From positions 11,842,001-11,906,000 of the forward strand of contig NC_043010.1 in NCBI RefSeq assembly GCF_006345805.1: a stretch of DNA of 64,000 bases, read 5' to 3'. Below, in pieces: positions 62,686 through 64,000 of this stretch; position 1 is the first letter of the stretch; every line of letters starts with the position of its first letter. Position numbers and translations under genes: made by a program. Source of the DNA: Octopus sinensis (Eukaryota). The notes beneath the pieces were generated by a model, which had not been told where the DNA came from, made no database searches, and worked only from the letters and a program-made list of their open reading frames with translations.

Positions 62686-63272
62686 TTGTTGTATTTAGGA
62701 ATGGTCATTTTGCCAGTTTAGCCAATAAAAACACACGCACTATATATTTGGTATTACTCTCTTTACTCTTTTACTTGTTTCGGTCATTTGACTGCGACCA
62801 TGCTGGAGCACCGCCTTTAATCGAGCAACTCAACCCCGGGACTTATTCTTTTGTACTTATTCTATCGGTCTCTTTTGCCGAACCGCTAAGTAACGGGGAC
62901 ATAAACACACCAGCATCAGTTGTCAAGCAATGCTAGGGGGACAAACACAGACACACAAACACACACACACGCATATATATATATACATATATACGACGGG
63001 CTTCTTTCAGTTTCCGTCTACCAAATCCACTCACAAGGCATTGGTCGGCCCGAGGCTATAGTAGAAGACACTTGCCCAAGGTGCTACTTACCACACAGCC
63101 ACTTCTGTGCCTATTACTTTGCTTCAGTGTTATTTATTTTTTACATTAATCTTAATCTTATTTTGCCCAGAGTTTTTTCGTCACACTCCTGTGAAGCAAA
63201 GTAACACCAAATATATTGTGCATGTGTTTTTATTGGCTAAACTGGCAAAATGACCCTTCCTAAATACAACAA
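62686..63272. mobile_element. MITE with ~80-bp TIRs, interrupted by SINE A (~62759-63111, minus)
   Basis: TTGTTGTATTTAGGAATGGTCATTTTGCCAGTTTAGCCAATAAAAACAC matches its reverse complement near 63225-63272; tattact duplicated around the SINE. Confidence 0.8.
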
Positions 63273-63524
63273 CATCTGTTTGAACACACGATTTCACATA
63301 AAAAAATCTTGCAAAACAAATATATAAACGTAATAAAAAAATATTAATCCTTTAACATTTAAACTGGCTATATCTGGCCCAGATATTCTACCTGTTTTAT
63401 ACTCAAACCAGCCAGATCTGGTTTCTCACGTCAGCCCTACAAATGTCATTCTAAAAATATACAATCACAAAGTTTCCCTCTTCAAATGCCCCTGATCCTC
63501 TCATAATTCCTTGTCTTGTGAATT

Positions 63525-63830
63525 ACATGGTGACTCGGCCAGTGCTGGTGCCATGTAAAAAGCATCCAGTCCACAGTGTAAAGTGGTTGGCATTTGGAAG
63601 GGCACCCAGCTGTAAAAATCATGCCAAAACTAACCTCACTTGTGCTAGTGCTGCATTAAAAGCACCGAGTCCACCCTGCAGAGTGATTGGTATTAGGAAG
63701 GGCATCTACCCATAAAAACGCTGACAAAACAGACACAGTAGCAGAGGGTAGTTTTACTACCCAGCTCCAGTGAACCGTCCAATCATGCATGCATGGAAGA
63801 TGGACATTAAATGATGATGATGATCATCAT
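63525..63830 (+). mobile_element. RTE-LINE 3' UTR (family B), diverged
   Basis: gtgctggtgccatgtaaaaagc...gcatggaagatggacattaaatgatgatgat. Confidence 0.7.
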
Positions 63831-64000
63831 CATCATCCTCAACATCATCAAAACATCAGATAATGTATGCAAACAAATGTATGCGACAAAAATATTTTGA
63901 CAAATTAAATTTAAATGTTGAAGTGAATCTAACGGTTTTTGTGTGTTTCTTAAATGGCTTATAAACACGTTCCACGCTGCAATTGTTTTCGTTCCAGCAC

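Overview
AT-rich, microsatellite-dense animal genomic DNA, most likely intronic or intergenic sequence of an octopus-type cephalopod (inferred from the SINE families; not checked by search). No host gene can be called with confidence, and most ORF-track entries are translations of (TA)n, (TG)n, (CAT)n or (GAA)n tracts or SINE read-throughs. The window is a transposon graveyard. It holds three abundant tRNA-headed SINE families (called A, C and D here), 3' ends of RTE, CR1 and two R4/Dong-type LINEs, and a near-complete IR/DR-type Tc1 element whose DD34E transposase has one in-frame stop. It also has mariner, maT-like and pogo/Tigger fragments, non-autonomous Helitrons with an adjacent RepHel N-terminal fragment, and several MITEs. 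The most interesting signals are: (1) three fold-back loci with minimal hammerhead-ribozyme motifs, one of which is a ~142-nt unit present as two inverted, circularly permuted copies; (2) a SINE that repeatedly inserts at a fixed GGTA site inside itself; (3) two different R4-type elements stacked in (TAA)n; (4) Helitron-associated rearrangements. All coordinates were read by eye and may be off by a few bases.
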